The translations under genes and the position numbers were made by a program. Shown here in pieces: positions 35,356-47,722 of a stretch of 64,000 nucleotides of DNA. The stretch covers positions 62,001-126,000 of the forward strand of contig OZ025805.1 of the NCBI GenBank assembly GCA_964019425.1. Direction: 5' to 3'. A model generated the notes under the pieces. The model worked only from the letters and a program-made list of their open reading frames with translations, was not told the origin of the DNA and ran no database searches. Positions within the stretch are counted from its first letter, which is position 1; each line of letters begins with the position of its first letter. This stretch comes from Flectonema sp. DT1601. Taxonomy: Eukaryota.

Positions 35356-36655
35356 CACATATTCAAAAAACTTTCATTCCGTTTTGAGAAGACAACGAAT
35401 ACAAATATAATTGAGCCTTTTTGATTTTGTTCAGTAATTCCTGAGGGGGGTGAAGTATAATGGGAGGGTTAAAGAACCACTTGCAATGGGGGCTTGGCGC
35501 TGTTAGTCAGAAAATCAGAAAACGTTTTTTGCTATTTCGAAGTCGCCTCAGTAATACTCCGCGTTATTGATCCCTGACATATTGTTGTGGTATTTGATGC
35601 TTGGTAAGTAGGAGGGTTAGGTTTTTTTTTTTTTTTTTTTTTTACATATTCAAAAAACTTTCATTCCTTTTTGAGAAGAGAGGGAAAAAGAAGAAACCAT
35701 TCAGATCAACCTTATATTTCGTTGAACGCAGACAAAAATCCTATCGCACGGGAATATATATCATGATGACCATAAGAAATACCGGTTCTCAATCTGAATA
35801 GTTTAGTTATTTTAGTTAGCAAAATACAAACTGATGACTACGAGGGGTCTGGGTAGCCCGCATCAGTAAGGACCCAATCGCGAAAATTGTAGTTTCATAG
35901 TATTGGCTGGAAGTGATCGACTTCCAGCCTCCACCTTGCCCAGAGGCTAACAGGTTGTAAACAACTAAAGAAAATAAAAGAGAAATTTTCTGGGGTGAAG
36001 GTGAAAAAAAAAATAAAAAATCTTCTTTCTTTCATATAAAAATAATAATAATGAAATAAACAGTTCGAATGCTGCGTGATCTCTGTAGCCAATCGTGTCG
36101 TATCGTCACTTAAAGTGAGTACCGACAAACTAAAGAAGAAAAGCTTTATAAAAACCGATAAAAAACCAATATTTTTTTTTCCCCTTCTTCTTTGGAGGAA
36201 ACAAACGGGAAAGGGAAAAAGTGGGGCGGTAAATTATTCCTTTAATTATCAAGTTGGGAGAAAGAAAAACAATTTCAATTTCTGAAAGCAGCCGCCATCA
36301 ATACAATTCCCACCCTGAAAAGGAGTGAGGCAATACCGCCGTAAGAAAGGCCAAAGAAAGATATTCTTTGACCGTAGTTGAAGTGGGAGAACAAAAAAAA
36401 AAAAAATAATAATTCGGCAAAAAACTTCACTTTTTACTTTCGTACTAACGCTTTTATTTTGGTTGCGCAACCACAGGTACAAAAATCCTAATAAAGAAAT
36501 AGGTTAGTTACGCTGTACAACAAAAAAAAAATAAAAAAATAGAGGAGGCCGAGTACTACATGTCTAATCAATTACTGCTTACTGATGAATCAGAGAAAAC
36601 ACTTTCACTTTGAGGTTTAGGCCACCTGGTGCGTTATCGTCATCGTCAAGATCAA

Positions 36656-36791
36656 TATTTTTTTTTTTTTTTTTTTTTTCTGGTTACACTCCTGGGTGCA
36701 ACCATCTTCTTTGTTCATTGTTGTTTTCACTTCAATGTTTGCCTTTCTTTTTCACTTTCTTCTGGTAAAAGTCTGACAAGAACCAAGGGAA
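36656..36791 (-). mobile_element. Short 5'-truncated retrocopy related to the 3' end of retrotransposon B
   Basis: Absent from units 2-4. Ends GAGTGTAACCAG + poly(A); aligns by eye with 9687-9800. Confidence 0.85.
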
Positions 36792-37502
36792 CAACATCCG
36801 GAGGATCGGTATTCTTTTCCCCTTTTTTTTTCATATAATCATGTACCGCCATTAATATAAGCGTGCATAAAGAGAGAGGAGGGATCGAACAAACAATAAC
36901 AACGGGAGTCATATTTCCTGTACGCCACCGCTCCCTTGGTGGTGATGGTGGTGATGGTGGTGATGCTGTAATGTCAGGCACCCCAACAAATGAAAGGCCT
37001 AGAAATATCGTGGGAATTACCTTACTTAGATCGGCAGTGAACTCGTCAGATTTCATGGTATTCCCTTCAAGTTGAATTCTCCATCCTAATGGTGACTCAA
37101 GAACATATCCAGTGTGAGAGTTGATTGCTGTTCCTTCACAAGTGAAACACTTTCCAATTTTCCATGTTGAACCATTATTTAGTGCTCTGCATATTTCTAA
37201 GCACTTGGGAAGAGATACGAAGTCCTTTGAGAGCTCGTTCACAATAATTGAAAGTTTAGACTTCACATCTTCCAAAGGGATGTGCGATACGTAAACAGAT
37301 AACAATACAGTTCGAGGTGTTTGTATACTCGCTAGGGGTTCTCCATCTGTCGGTGTTTGGTAGTTAACAAAATTATATTTTTTTAAAATAAAAAAAAAAT
37401 ATATATACCAAAGGGAGTATCTTTATGCATTTCCGCTTCTTCATTTAGACCCAACCCCACCGACAATATCGCAAACAGGACTACTGCATGTGTGTAGATC
37501 AT
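36727..37502 (-). CDS. Array gene copy 1: type-I membrane protein, C-terminus replaced by a retro-insertion
   Basis: Exon 1 from ATG 37502 (MIYTHAVVLFAILSVGLG signal peptide), intron 37408-37347, TM VVIVCSIPPLSLCTLILMAV; extra SPP repeats. Confidence 0.7.
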
Positions 37503-39049
37503 TACTGACTGAAATGAGAATGAATAATTTGAAACTGACTATAATGCTGTCGAATAGGAGGGTTTAACTGTTCGAGTTTGTACGTAAAATACAAATGTAT
37601 TGTATCATAAACAACATAACGATAATTTAACATTAGTTCTGAGAGACAGTTGACTAAAGGTAATGTTAGTCTAATTTATTAAATCACATATGTGCTGTTG
37701 AATAGGGTGGGGTGGGTTATGGAGGTTTAAATTGACAATAATTACTGACTACATAACAAGATGCTTTTCCGGTATACCAAAAAAAAATCTAAAATTGTAC
37801 AAAAAAAAAAAAAAGAATTGGCTTTAACTTCAACTATACAGAAAATAATGATATAACACTGTGATTTTTTGTTTGCACGAAACCGGATAATTGAGCCTTT
37901 TTGATTTTGTTCAGTAATTCCTGAGGGGGGTGAAGTATAATGGGAGGGTTAAAGAACCACTTGCAATGGGGGCTTGGCGCTGTTAGTCAGAAAATCAGAA
38001 AACGTTTTTTGCTATTTCGAAGTCGCCTCAGTAATACTCCGCGTTATTGATCCCTGACATATTGTTGTGGTATTTGATGCTTGGTAAGTAGGAGGGTTAG
38101 GTTTTTTTTTTTTTTTTTTTTTTTACATATTCAAAAAACTTTCATTCCTTTTTGAGAAGAGAGGGAAAAAGAAGAAACCATTCAGATCAACCTTATATTT
38201 CGTTGAACGCAGACAAAAATCCTGTCGCACGGGAATATATATCATGATGACCATAAGAAATACCGGTTCTCAATCTGAATAGTTTAGTTATTTTAGTTAG
38301 CAAAATACAAACTGATGACTACGAGGGGTCTGGGTAGCCCGCATCAGTAAGGACCCAATCGCGAAAATTGTAGTTTCATAGTATTGGCTGGAAGTGATCG
38401 ACTTCCAGCCTCCACCTTGCCCAGAGGCTAACAGGTTGTAAACAACTAAAGAAAATAAAAGAGAAATTTTCTGGGGTGAAGGTGAAAAAAAAAATAAAAA
38501 ATCTTCTTTCTTTCATATAAAAATAATAATAATGAAATAAACAGTTCGAATGCTGCGTGATCTCTGTAGCCAATCGTGTCGTATCGTCACTTAAAGTGAG
38601 TACCGACAAACTAAAGAAGAAAAGCTTTATAAAAACTGATAAAAAACCAATATTTTTTTTTTCCCCTTCTTCTTTGGAGGAAACAAACGGGAAAGGGAAA
38701 AGTGGGGCGGTAAATTTGTCCTTTAATTATCAAGTTGGGAGAAAGAAAAACAATTTCAATTTCTGAAAGCAGCCGCCATCAATACAATTCCCACCCTGAA
38801 AAGGAGTGAGGCAATACCGCCGTAAGAAAGGCCAAAGAAAGATATTCTTTGACCGTAGTTGAAGTGGGAGAACAAAAAAAAAAAAATAATAATTCGGCAA
38901 AAAACTTCACTTTTTACTTTCGTACTAACGCTTTTATTTTGTTTGCGCAACCACAGGTACAAAAATCCTAATAAAGAAATAGGTTAGTTACGCTGTACAA
39001 CAAAAAAAAAAATAAAAAAAATAGAGGAGGCCGAGTACTACATGTCTAA

Positions 39050-39840
39050 TCAATTACTGCTTACTGATGAATCAGAGAAAACATAAACATCAGGCTGACT
39101 TTCACTTCGAGGTTTAGCCCACTTGTCAGGTGCGTTATCGTCATCGTCAAGATCAACATCCGGAGGATCGGTATTCTTTTCCCCTTTTTTTTTCATATAC
39201 TTATGTACCGCCATTAATATAAGCCCGCATAAACTGAGACCAGGGATCGAACAAACAATAACAACGGGAGTCATATTTCCTGTAGGCCACTCCCTTGGTG
39301 ATGCTGTAATGTCAGGTACCCCACCAAATGAAAGGCCTAGAAATATCGTGGGAATTACCTTACTTAGATCGGCAGTGAACTCGTCAGATTTCATGGTATT
39401 CCCTTCAAGTTGAATTCTCCATCCTAATAGTGACTCAAGAACATATCCAGTGTGAGAGTTGATTGTTGTTCCTTCACAAGTGAAACAGTTTCCAAATTTC
39501 CATGTTGAACCATTATTTAGTGCTCTGCATATTTCTAAGCACTTGGGAAGAGATACGAAGTCCTTTGAGAGCTCGTTCACAATAATTGAAAGTTTAGACT
39601 TCACATCTTCCAAAGGGATGTGCAATACGTAAACAGATAACAATACAGTTCGAGGTGTTTGTATACTCGCTGGGGGTTCTCCATCTGTCGGTGTTTGGTA
39701 GTTAACAAAATTATATTTTTTTAAAATAAAAAAAAAATATATATACCAAAGGGAGTATCTTTATGCATTTCCGCTTCTTCATTTAGACCCAACCCCACCG
39801 ACAATATCGCAAACAGGACTACTGCATGTGTGTAGATCAT
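39050..39840 (-). CDS. Array gene copy 2: signal peptide + single-TM protein, unknown function
   Basis: Same two-exon structure; acidic cytoplasmic tail (DVDLDDDDNAPD). Confidence 0.75.
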
Positions 39841-41387
39841 TACTGACTGAAATGAGAATGAATAATTTGAAACTGACTATAATGCTGTCGAATAGGAGGG
39901 TTTAACTGTTCGAGTTTGTACGTAAAATACAAATGTATTGTATCATAAACAACATAACGATAATTTAACATTAGTTCTGAGAGACAGTTGACTAAAGGTA
40001 ATGTTAGTCTAATTTATTAAATCACATATGTGCTGTTGAATAGGGTGGGGTGGGTTATGGAGGTTTAAATTGACAATAATTACTGACTACATAACAAGAT
40101 GCTTTTCCGGTATACCAAAAAAAAATCTAAAATTGTACAAAAAAAAAAAAAAGAATTGGCTTTAACTTCAACTATACAGAAAATAATGATATAACACTGT
40201 GATTTTTTGTTTGCACGAAACCGGATAATTGAGCCTTTTTGATTTTGTTCAGTAATTCCTGAGGGGGGTGAAGTATAATGGGAGGGTTAAAGAACCACTT
40301 GCAATGGGGGCTTGGCGCTGTTAGTCAGAAAATCAGAAAACGTTTTTTGCTATTTCGAAGTCGCCTCAGTAATACTCCGCGTTATTGATCCCTGACATAT
40401 TGTTGTGGTATTTGATGCTTGGTAAGTAGGAGGGTTAGGTTTTTTTTTTTTTTTTTTTTTTTACATATTCAAAAAACTTTCATTCCTTTTTGAGAAGAGA
40501 GGGAAAAAGAAGAAACCATTCAGATCAACCTTATATTTCGTTGAACGCAGACAAAAATCCTGTCGCACGGGAATATATATCATGATGACCATAAGAAATA
40601 CCGGTTCTCAATCTGAATAGTTTAGTTATTTTAGTTAGCAAAATACAAACTGATGACTACGAGGGGTCTGGGTAGCCCGCATCAGTAAGGACCCAATCGC
40701 GAAAATTGTAGTTTCATAGTATTGGCTGGAAGTGATCGACTTCCAGCCTCCACCTTGCCCAGAGGCTAACAGGTTGTAAACAACTAAAGAAAATAAAAGA
40801 GAAATTTTCTGGGGTGAAGGTGAAAAAAAAAATAAAAAATCTTCTTTCTTTCATATAAAAATAATAATAATGAAATAAACAGTTCGAATGCTGCGTGATC
40901 TCTGTAGCCAATCGTGTCGTATCGTCACTTAAAGTGAGTACCGACAAACTAAAGAAGAAAAGCTTTATAAAAACTGATAAAAAACCAATATTTTTTTTTT
41001 CCCCTTCTTCTTTGGAGGAAACAAACGGGAAAGGGAAAAGTGGGGCGGTAAATTTGTCCTTTAATTATCAAGTTGGGAGAAAGAAAAACAATTTCAATTT
41101 CTGAAAGCAGCCGCCATCAATACAATTCCCACCCTGAAAAGGAGTGAGGCAATACCGCCGTAAGAAAGGCCAAAGAAAGATATTCTTTGACCGTAGTTGA
41201 AGTGGGAGAACAAAAAAAAAAAAATAATAATTCGGCAAAAAACTTCACTTTTTACTTTCGTACTAACGCTTTTATTTTGTTTGCGCAACCACAGGTACAA
41301 AAATCCTAATAAAGAAATAGGTTAGTTACGCTGTACAACAAAAAAAAAAATAAAAAAAATAGAGGAGGCCGAGTACTACATGTCTAA

Positions 41388-42178
41388 TCAATTACTGCTT
41401 ACTGATGAATCAGAGAAAACATAAACATCAGGCTGACTTTCACTTCGAGGTTTAGCCCACTTGTCAGGTGCGTTATCGTCATCGTCAAGATCAACATCCG
41501 GAGGATCGGTATTCTTTTCCCCTTTTTTTTTCATATACTTATGTACCGCCATTAATATAAGCCCGCATAAACTGAGACCAGGGATCGAACAAACAATAAC
41601 AACGGGAGTCATATTTCCTGTAGGCCACTCCCTTGGTGATGCTGTAATGTCAGGTACCCCACCAAATGAAAGGCCTAGAAATATCGTGGGAATTACCTTA
41701 CTTAGATCGGCAGTGAACTCGTCAGATTTCATGGTATTCCCTTCAAGTTGAATTCTCCATCCTAATAGTGACTCAAGAACATATCCAGTGTGAGAGTTGA
41801 TTGTTGTTCCTTCACAAGTGAAACAGTTTCCAAATTTCCATGTTGAACCATTATTTAGTGCTCTGCATATTTCTAAGCACTTGGGAAGAGATACGAAGTC
41901 CTTTGAGAGCTCGTTCACAATAATTGAAAGTTTAGACTTCACATCTTCCAAAGGGATGTGCAATACGTAAACAGATAACAATACAGTTCGAGGTGTTTGT
42001 ATACTCGCTGGGGGTTCTCCATCTGTCGGTGTTTGGTAGTTAACAAAATTATATTTTTTTAAAATAAAAAAAAAATATATATACCAAAGGGAGTATCTTT
42101 ATGCATTTCCGCTTCTTCATTTAGACCCAACCCCACCGACAATATCGCAAACAGGACTACTGCATGTGTGTAGATCAT
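41388..42178 (-). CDS. Array gene copy 3
   Basis: Protein identical to copy 2 in the ORF track. Confidence 0.75.
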
Positions 42179-43725
42179 TACTGACTGAAATGAGAATGAA
42201 TAATTTGAAACTGACTATAATGCTGTCGAATAGGAGGGTTTAACTGTTCGAGTTTGTACGTAAAATACAAATGTATTGTATCATAAACAACATAACGATA
42301 ATTTAACATTAGTTCTGAGAGACAGTTGACTAAAGGTAATGTTAGTCTAATTTATTAAATCACATATGTGCTGTTGAATAGGGTGGGGTGGGTTATGGAG
42401 GTTTAAATTGACAATAATTACTGACTACATAACAAGATGCTTTTCCGGTATACCAAAAAAAAATCTAAAATTGTACAAAAAAAAAAAAAAGAATTGGCTT
42501 TAACTTCAACTATACAGAAAATAATGATATAACACTGTGATTTTTTGTTTGCACGAAACCGGATAATTGAGCCTTTTTGATTTTGTTCAGTAATTCCTGA
42601 GGGGGGTGAAGTATAATGGGAGGGTTAAAGAACCACTTGCAATGGGGGCTTGGCGCTGTTAGTCAGAAAATCAGAAAACGTTTTTTGCTATTTCGAAGTC
42701 GCCTCAGTAATACTCCGCGTTATTGATCCCTGACATATTGTTGTGGTATTTGATGCTTGGTAAGTAGGAGGGTTAGGTTTTTTTTTTTTTTTTTTTTTTT
42801 ACATATTCAAAAAACTTTCATTCCTTTTTGAGAAGAGAGGGAAAAAGAAGAAACCATTCAGATCAACCTTATATTTCGTTGAACGCAGACAAAAATCCTG
42901 TCGCACGGGAATATATATCATGATGACCATAAGAAATACCGGTTCTCAATCTGAATAGTTTAGTTATTTTAGTTAGCAAAATACAAACTGATGACTACGA
43001 GGGGTCTGGGTAGCCCGCATCAGTAAGGACCCAATCGCGAAAATTGTAGTTTCATAGTATTGGCTGGAAGTGATCGACTTCCAGCCTCCACCTTGCCCAG
43101 AGGCTAACAGGTTGTAAACAACTAAAGAAAATAAAAGAGAAATTTTCTGGGGTGAAGGTGAAAAAAAAAATAAAAAATCTTCTTTCTTTCATATAAAAAT
43201 AATAATAATGAAATAAACAGTTCGAATGCTGCGTGATCTCTGTAGCCAATCGTGTCGTATCGTCACTTAAAGTGAGTACCGACAAACTAAAGAAGAAAAG
43301 CTTTATAAAAACTGATAAAAAACCAATATTTTTTTTTTCCCCTTCTTCTTTGGAGGAAACAAACGGGAAAGGGAAAAGTGGGGCGGTAAATTTGTCCTTT
43401 AATTATCAAGTTGGGAGAAAGAAAAACAATTTCAATTTCTGAAAGCAGCCGCCATCAATACAATTCCCACCCTGAAAAGGAGTGAGGCAATACCGCCGTA
43501 AGAAAGGCCAAAGAAAGATATTCTTTGACCGTAGTTGAAGTGGGAGAACAAAAAAAAAAAAATAATAATTCGGCAAAAAACTTCACTTTTTACTTTCGTA
43601 CTAACGCTTTTATTTTGTTTGCGCAACCACAGGTACAAAAATCCTAATAAAGAAATAGGTTAGTTACGCTGTACAACAAAAAAAAAAATAAAAAAAATAG
43701 AGGAGGCCGAGTACTACATGTCTAA

Positions 43726-44518
43726 TCAATTACTGCTTACTGATGAATCAGAGAAAACATAAACATCAGGCTGACTTTCACTTCGAGGTTTAGCCCACTT
43801 GTCAGGTGCGTTATCGTCATCGTCAAGATCAACATCCGGAGGATCGGTATTCTTTTCCCCTTTTTTTTTCATATACTTATGTACCGCCATTAATATAAGC
43901 CCGCATAAACTGAGACCAGGGATCGAACAAACAATAACAACGGGAGTCATATTTCCTGTAGGCCACTCCCTTGGTGATGCTGTAATGTCAGGTACCCCAC
44001 CAAATGAAAGGCCTAGAAATATCGTGGGAATTACCTTACTTAGATCGGCAGTGAACTCGTCAGATTTCATGGTATTCCCTTCAAGTTGAATTCTCCATCC
44101 TAATAGTGACTCAAGAACATATCCAGTGTGAGAGTTGATTGCTGTTCTTTCACAAGTGAAACAGTTTCCAATTTTCCATGTTGAACCATTATTTAGTGCT
44201 CTGCATATTTCTAAGCACTTGGGAAGAGATACGAAGTCCTTTGAGAGCTCGTTCACAATAATTGAAAGTTTAGACTTCACATCTTTCAAAGGGATGTGCA
44301 ATACGTAAACAGATAACAATACAGTTCGAGGTGTTTGTATACTCGCTGGGGGTTCTCCATCTGTCGGTGTTTGGTAGTTAACAAAATTATATTTTTTTAA
44401 AATAAAAAAAAAATATATATATACCAAAGGGAGTATCTTTATGCATTTCCGCTTCTTCATTTAGACCCAACCCCACCGACAATATCGCAAACAGGACTAC
44501 TGCATGTGTGTAGATCAT
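43726..44518 (-). CDS. Array gene copy 4
   Basis: A few substitutions versus copies 2-3 and a 2-nt longer intron. Confidence 0.75.
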
Positions 44519-44840
44519 TACTGACTGAAATGAGAATGAATAATTTGAAACTGACTATAATGCTGTCGAATAGGAGGGTTTAACTGTTCGAGTTTGTACG
44601 TAAAATACAAATGTATTGTATCATAAACAACATAACGATAATTTAACATTAGTTCTGAGAGACAGTTGACTAAAGGTAATGTTAGTCTAATTTATTAAAT
44701 CACATATGTGCTGTTGAATAGGGTGGGGTGGGTTATGGAGGTTTAAATTGACAATAATTACTGACTACATAACAAGATGCTTTTCCGGTATACCAAAAAA
44801 AAATCTAAAATTGTACAAAAAAAAAAAAAAAAAAAAAAAT

Positions 44841-45956
44841 TCACGGGAAAAATCTAAGGTTCACGATCGTCGTATTTTCAACAGTAGACGCGAGATGCGC
44901 AGTTGAGGATATCGACACTCCGTTTGCTGAATGCAGCCTCCTTCCAACAAATCGTTGCATTCCAGCACGTTCAGCAGGTGAGTTTGACTGGACACTATGT
45001 AGAGTTAAATCCCCATTACCCCACGTGCATCCTAATCTTTCTTCCGGATCCATTCGACTTAAGAATACTTCGCTAACAATATCAACAACCGGTGCCTTCA
45101 CAGCAGGAATATCAGTTCGGATTACTTTCGGAATCGTTAGGTTTTGATCAAAGATAGAAGACTTCGGGCGCAATAATTCCACAGAGTTGCTGAATATAGC
45201 ACTCGCTGTTTTCATGTACGTCTCAAAACGGTTAACTATGGATCGGTATTTGTTTGTTTCTACACGTCTGGACTCTTCAATCTGCCTGACCTTTTCCCAA
45301 ATAGATACAATACGAGTCTCACTAAATTGTGTTAAGGATATGACTTGTTGTTCGATATCGAGAATGGCTTCTTTCTCGATACGAAACTCAGCCTCTGCAG
45401 TGAGGTTGGCCTGGGTTAGACTACGTTTCTCAACACCTAGTTCGGCAAGTCGGTTTGCCATGTCGTGTATCTTTTGTTGAATTTCTGGTGATATTCTCTC
45501 AACTTCTTCATACGACGAGCTCAATTCAGATTTTTTAGACGATAAATATGACTGAAGTCCATTGAGTTCCTTTTTATAACGACTTTCTTCTTCCATCGCA
45601 TACATAAGTTCTTCATCACGTTCTTTGACAGTATTCTCAAGTGCCAATGTTTCAGACTGCAGCAGATCTTCTAGATTAGCTACCTCGCCATCCATTTTTT
45701 CCCGAGCACCAACCAGATCTAGTTTGTTGTCTAAGACGATTTCTCTTAGGTCATTCCTCTCTCTCGTAACTTCTTTTATCGCTTTTTTCATAACCTCCAA
45801 CTCCATTTTTAAAACTTTATAATTTTCTATTATTTCCATAGCAGCATTTTGGACGTCGCTAGTCACATTCTCAGGAGGATAGCTACTTGATGTGTCGCTA
45901 CTGTATTCGGATGTCGGAAACCCAAACCCTGGACGATCTGAAGAGAATGACGACAT
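44841..45956 (-). CDS. Coiled-coil protein with C-terminal PDZ-like domain
   Basis: Long heptad region; EERLGCTW..LHSVQSNSPAERAGM..LHSANGVSISST. Confidence 0.8.
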   Translation of the reverse strand: MSSFSSDRPGFGFPTSEYSSDTSSSYPPENVTSDVQNAAMEIIENYKVLKMELEVMKKAIKEVTRERNDLREIVLDNKLDLVGAREKMDGEVANLEDLLQSETLALENTVKERDEELMYAMEEESRYKKELNGLQSYLSSKKSELSSSYEEVERISPEIQQKIHDMANRLAELGVEKRSLTQANLTAEAEFRIEKEAILDIEQQVISLTQFSETRIVSIWEKVRQIEESRRVETNKYRSIVNRFETYMKTASAIFSNSVELLRPKSSIFDQNLTIPKVIRTDIPAVKAPVVDIVSEVFLSRMDPEERLGCTWGNGDLTLHSVQSNSPAERAGMQRFVGRRLHSANGVSISSTAHLASTVENTTIVNLRFFP

Positions 45957-46694
45957 TTTTTTTATTTTTTTTGTAGAAACACCAAACAGCTGAACTAGTA
46001 TAGGAAAGGGTCGGGTAATTCATTCGAAAATTCATAAAACAGAGCAACCGAATGTTTAGTTGAAAACAACTTAAATAATTGAAACATATATTCTTGTTCC
46101 TATGAAGGATGAAGTACAACAGGGTTAACAGATCTCAATAGAGATTCTCCTGTCGAGTTATTTTCCGCAATCGCTAACATCGAATCTAAACAAAAGAATG
46201 CTTTGGTTTAATTACGATGACTGAAATTTGGTAAAACACACAGAACTGTGACTTATCTCATAACAAATCATTCTGGGTCAGTTAGTACCAAATAAAAACA
46301 AAAAGTAATCCAGTCCGCATTGCCTTTGTGTGTACAACCTTAGTTAGTCCTTAGTTACCTGCAGCGACCTCTCGTCATCCCATAGAGCGACGAGCAACCT
46401 TCAGGACCGGGTTCTCCAATATTTATTAATCTGTTCTAAGACTACAACATCCTATGAGAAATGAATCCCCCACCTCAGTGAGTGATGTCAACTTGCAGAG
46501 ATCGATCTCTTCCAACGAGGTGCATCGTGATAAACAACACCTCCCCAAAGAAACTATAATTATTCTCTTTATTCTCTTTCAGTTTTTTCTTTTATTTTTT
46601 TCTTCTTTCCTAATTTCTCATTACAAAAAAAGAACGCCTTGCTCACAGAAATAAGAATAACAAAAAGCAAAACCTTAAGAATCAATTCACCACT

Positions 46695-47411
46695 TTATCC
46701 TGAATGATCAATCGCTGCTTTCACAGACTTCACAAAGAGAGCGCTATTACTTTCAGGCAGCTGCACAGATTCAAGAGCGTAGCATTTACTGAGAAAGCGA
46801 TCACCAATAGTGGTGATACTACTAAGACTTGAAAGGTCAAGAGAAGTGATTTGTTCACAAAAAACATAAGAAACAATGCCAATAGTGGTGACACTACTAA
46901 GACCTGAAAGGTCAAGAGAAGTGATTTGTACACAGAAATATAAGAAACGATTACTTATAGTGGTGACACCATTAAGACCTGAAAAGTCAAGAGTAATTTG
47001 TGAACAACGAGACAAGAATCTATCTCCAATAGTAGTAACTAGTGAGATGTGTTGTTGGAATTTGAATTGCGGAAAGCAATCAGTTTGGCATCTGAAGGAA
47101 GCAGCTCACCGTCAACAGTGAGGCAACCATCTTCTGTGAATGTCGGAGTGTCCAGATATAAGTACTCCGTAATGTGGTCTCTCATCCAAAGAAGCAGCTT
47201 CTCCCGTTTTGCATCATCAACAAACCAGCTTTTACTGAATATCCTAAACTGCTTCTTCCACATTTCCAACTCGCTGTTTGCAACCACTCCATGATCTGCC
47301 AGCCGATCAGTTTCGCAAAGGGTATCACCAGCAAATGAGAGTTCAACTTCATCCGGATCGACATCCCACTCCCCAGCTGCCGCCGTCAACACGTCGCTTA
47401 CAACTGAATCA
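46695..47411 (-). pseudogene. Ubiquitin-like + 25-aa LRR gene, 5'-truncated and frameshifted
   Basis: Paralogue of the 54285 gene. 4-bp deletion near 47049 splits ORFs 47039-47551 and 46695-47015; homology stops at about 47411. Confidence 0.85.
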
Positions 47412-47624
47412 CATCTAATTCCGCACAAAGCTCTGCCATTTCTTTTTGTCTTTTTTTTTCTGGAAAAAGAAAAATATCTCCAAAAATCCGTCGTTATGAT
47501 GCTCTTTTCCTTGCAAGTCAATTGTTCTGCAGGTTCACTTCTATCTGCCACCAGTCACTACTTACCAACTATGAACCAAACCTCCTCTGACGCTGAGCCT
47601 GCCTCAAATGCGTCAGTCACTAGC

Positions 47625-47722
47625 ATGCCTTCGGTCATCTCATCAATCGGTGATGACTTCCTGTTAGTATGTAACTCTCTCTCGAACTATATTGACTTGT
47701 CAGGTCTTGTCAATACGGTAAG
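47625..47722 (+). pseudogene. Inverted LRR relic
   Basis: SVISSIGDDFLLVCNSLSNYIDLSGLVNTVS; matches the fragment at 2410-2440. Confidence 0.5.

Larger units (their letters stand above)
35407..44840. repeat. Tandem array of four ~2.34-kb units (starts 35407, 37887, 40225, 42563)
   Basis: Identical ORFs recur at 2338-bp spacing. Unit 1 is 2480 bp because of indels; unit 4 ends at the A-tract next to the upstream gene. Confidence 0.97.

Noticed and set aside
35763..35797. ATGATGA…CTGA box C/D pair in the array unit
   Set aside because: Only about 35 nt apart and antisense to the transcription unit; too short for a snoRNA.
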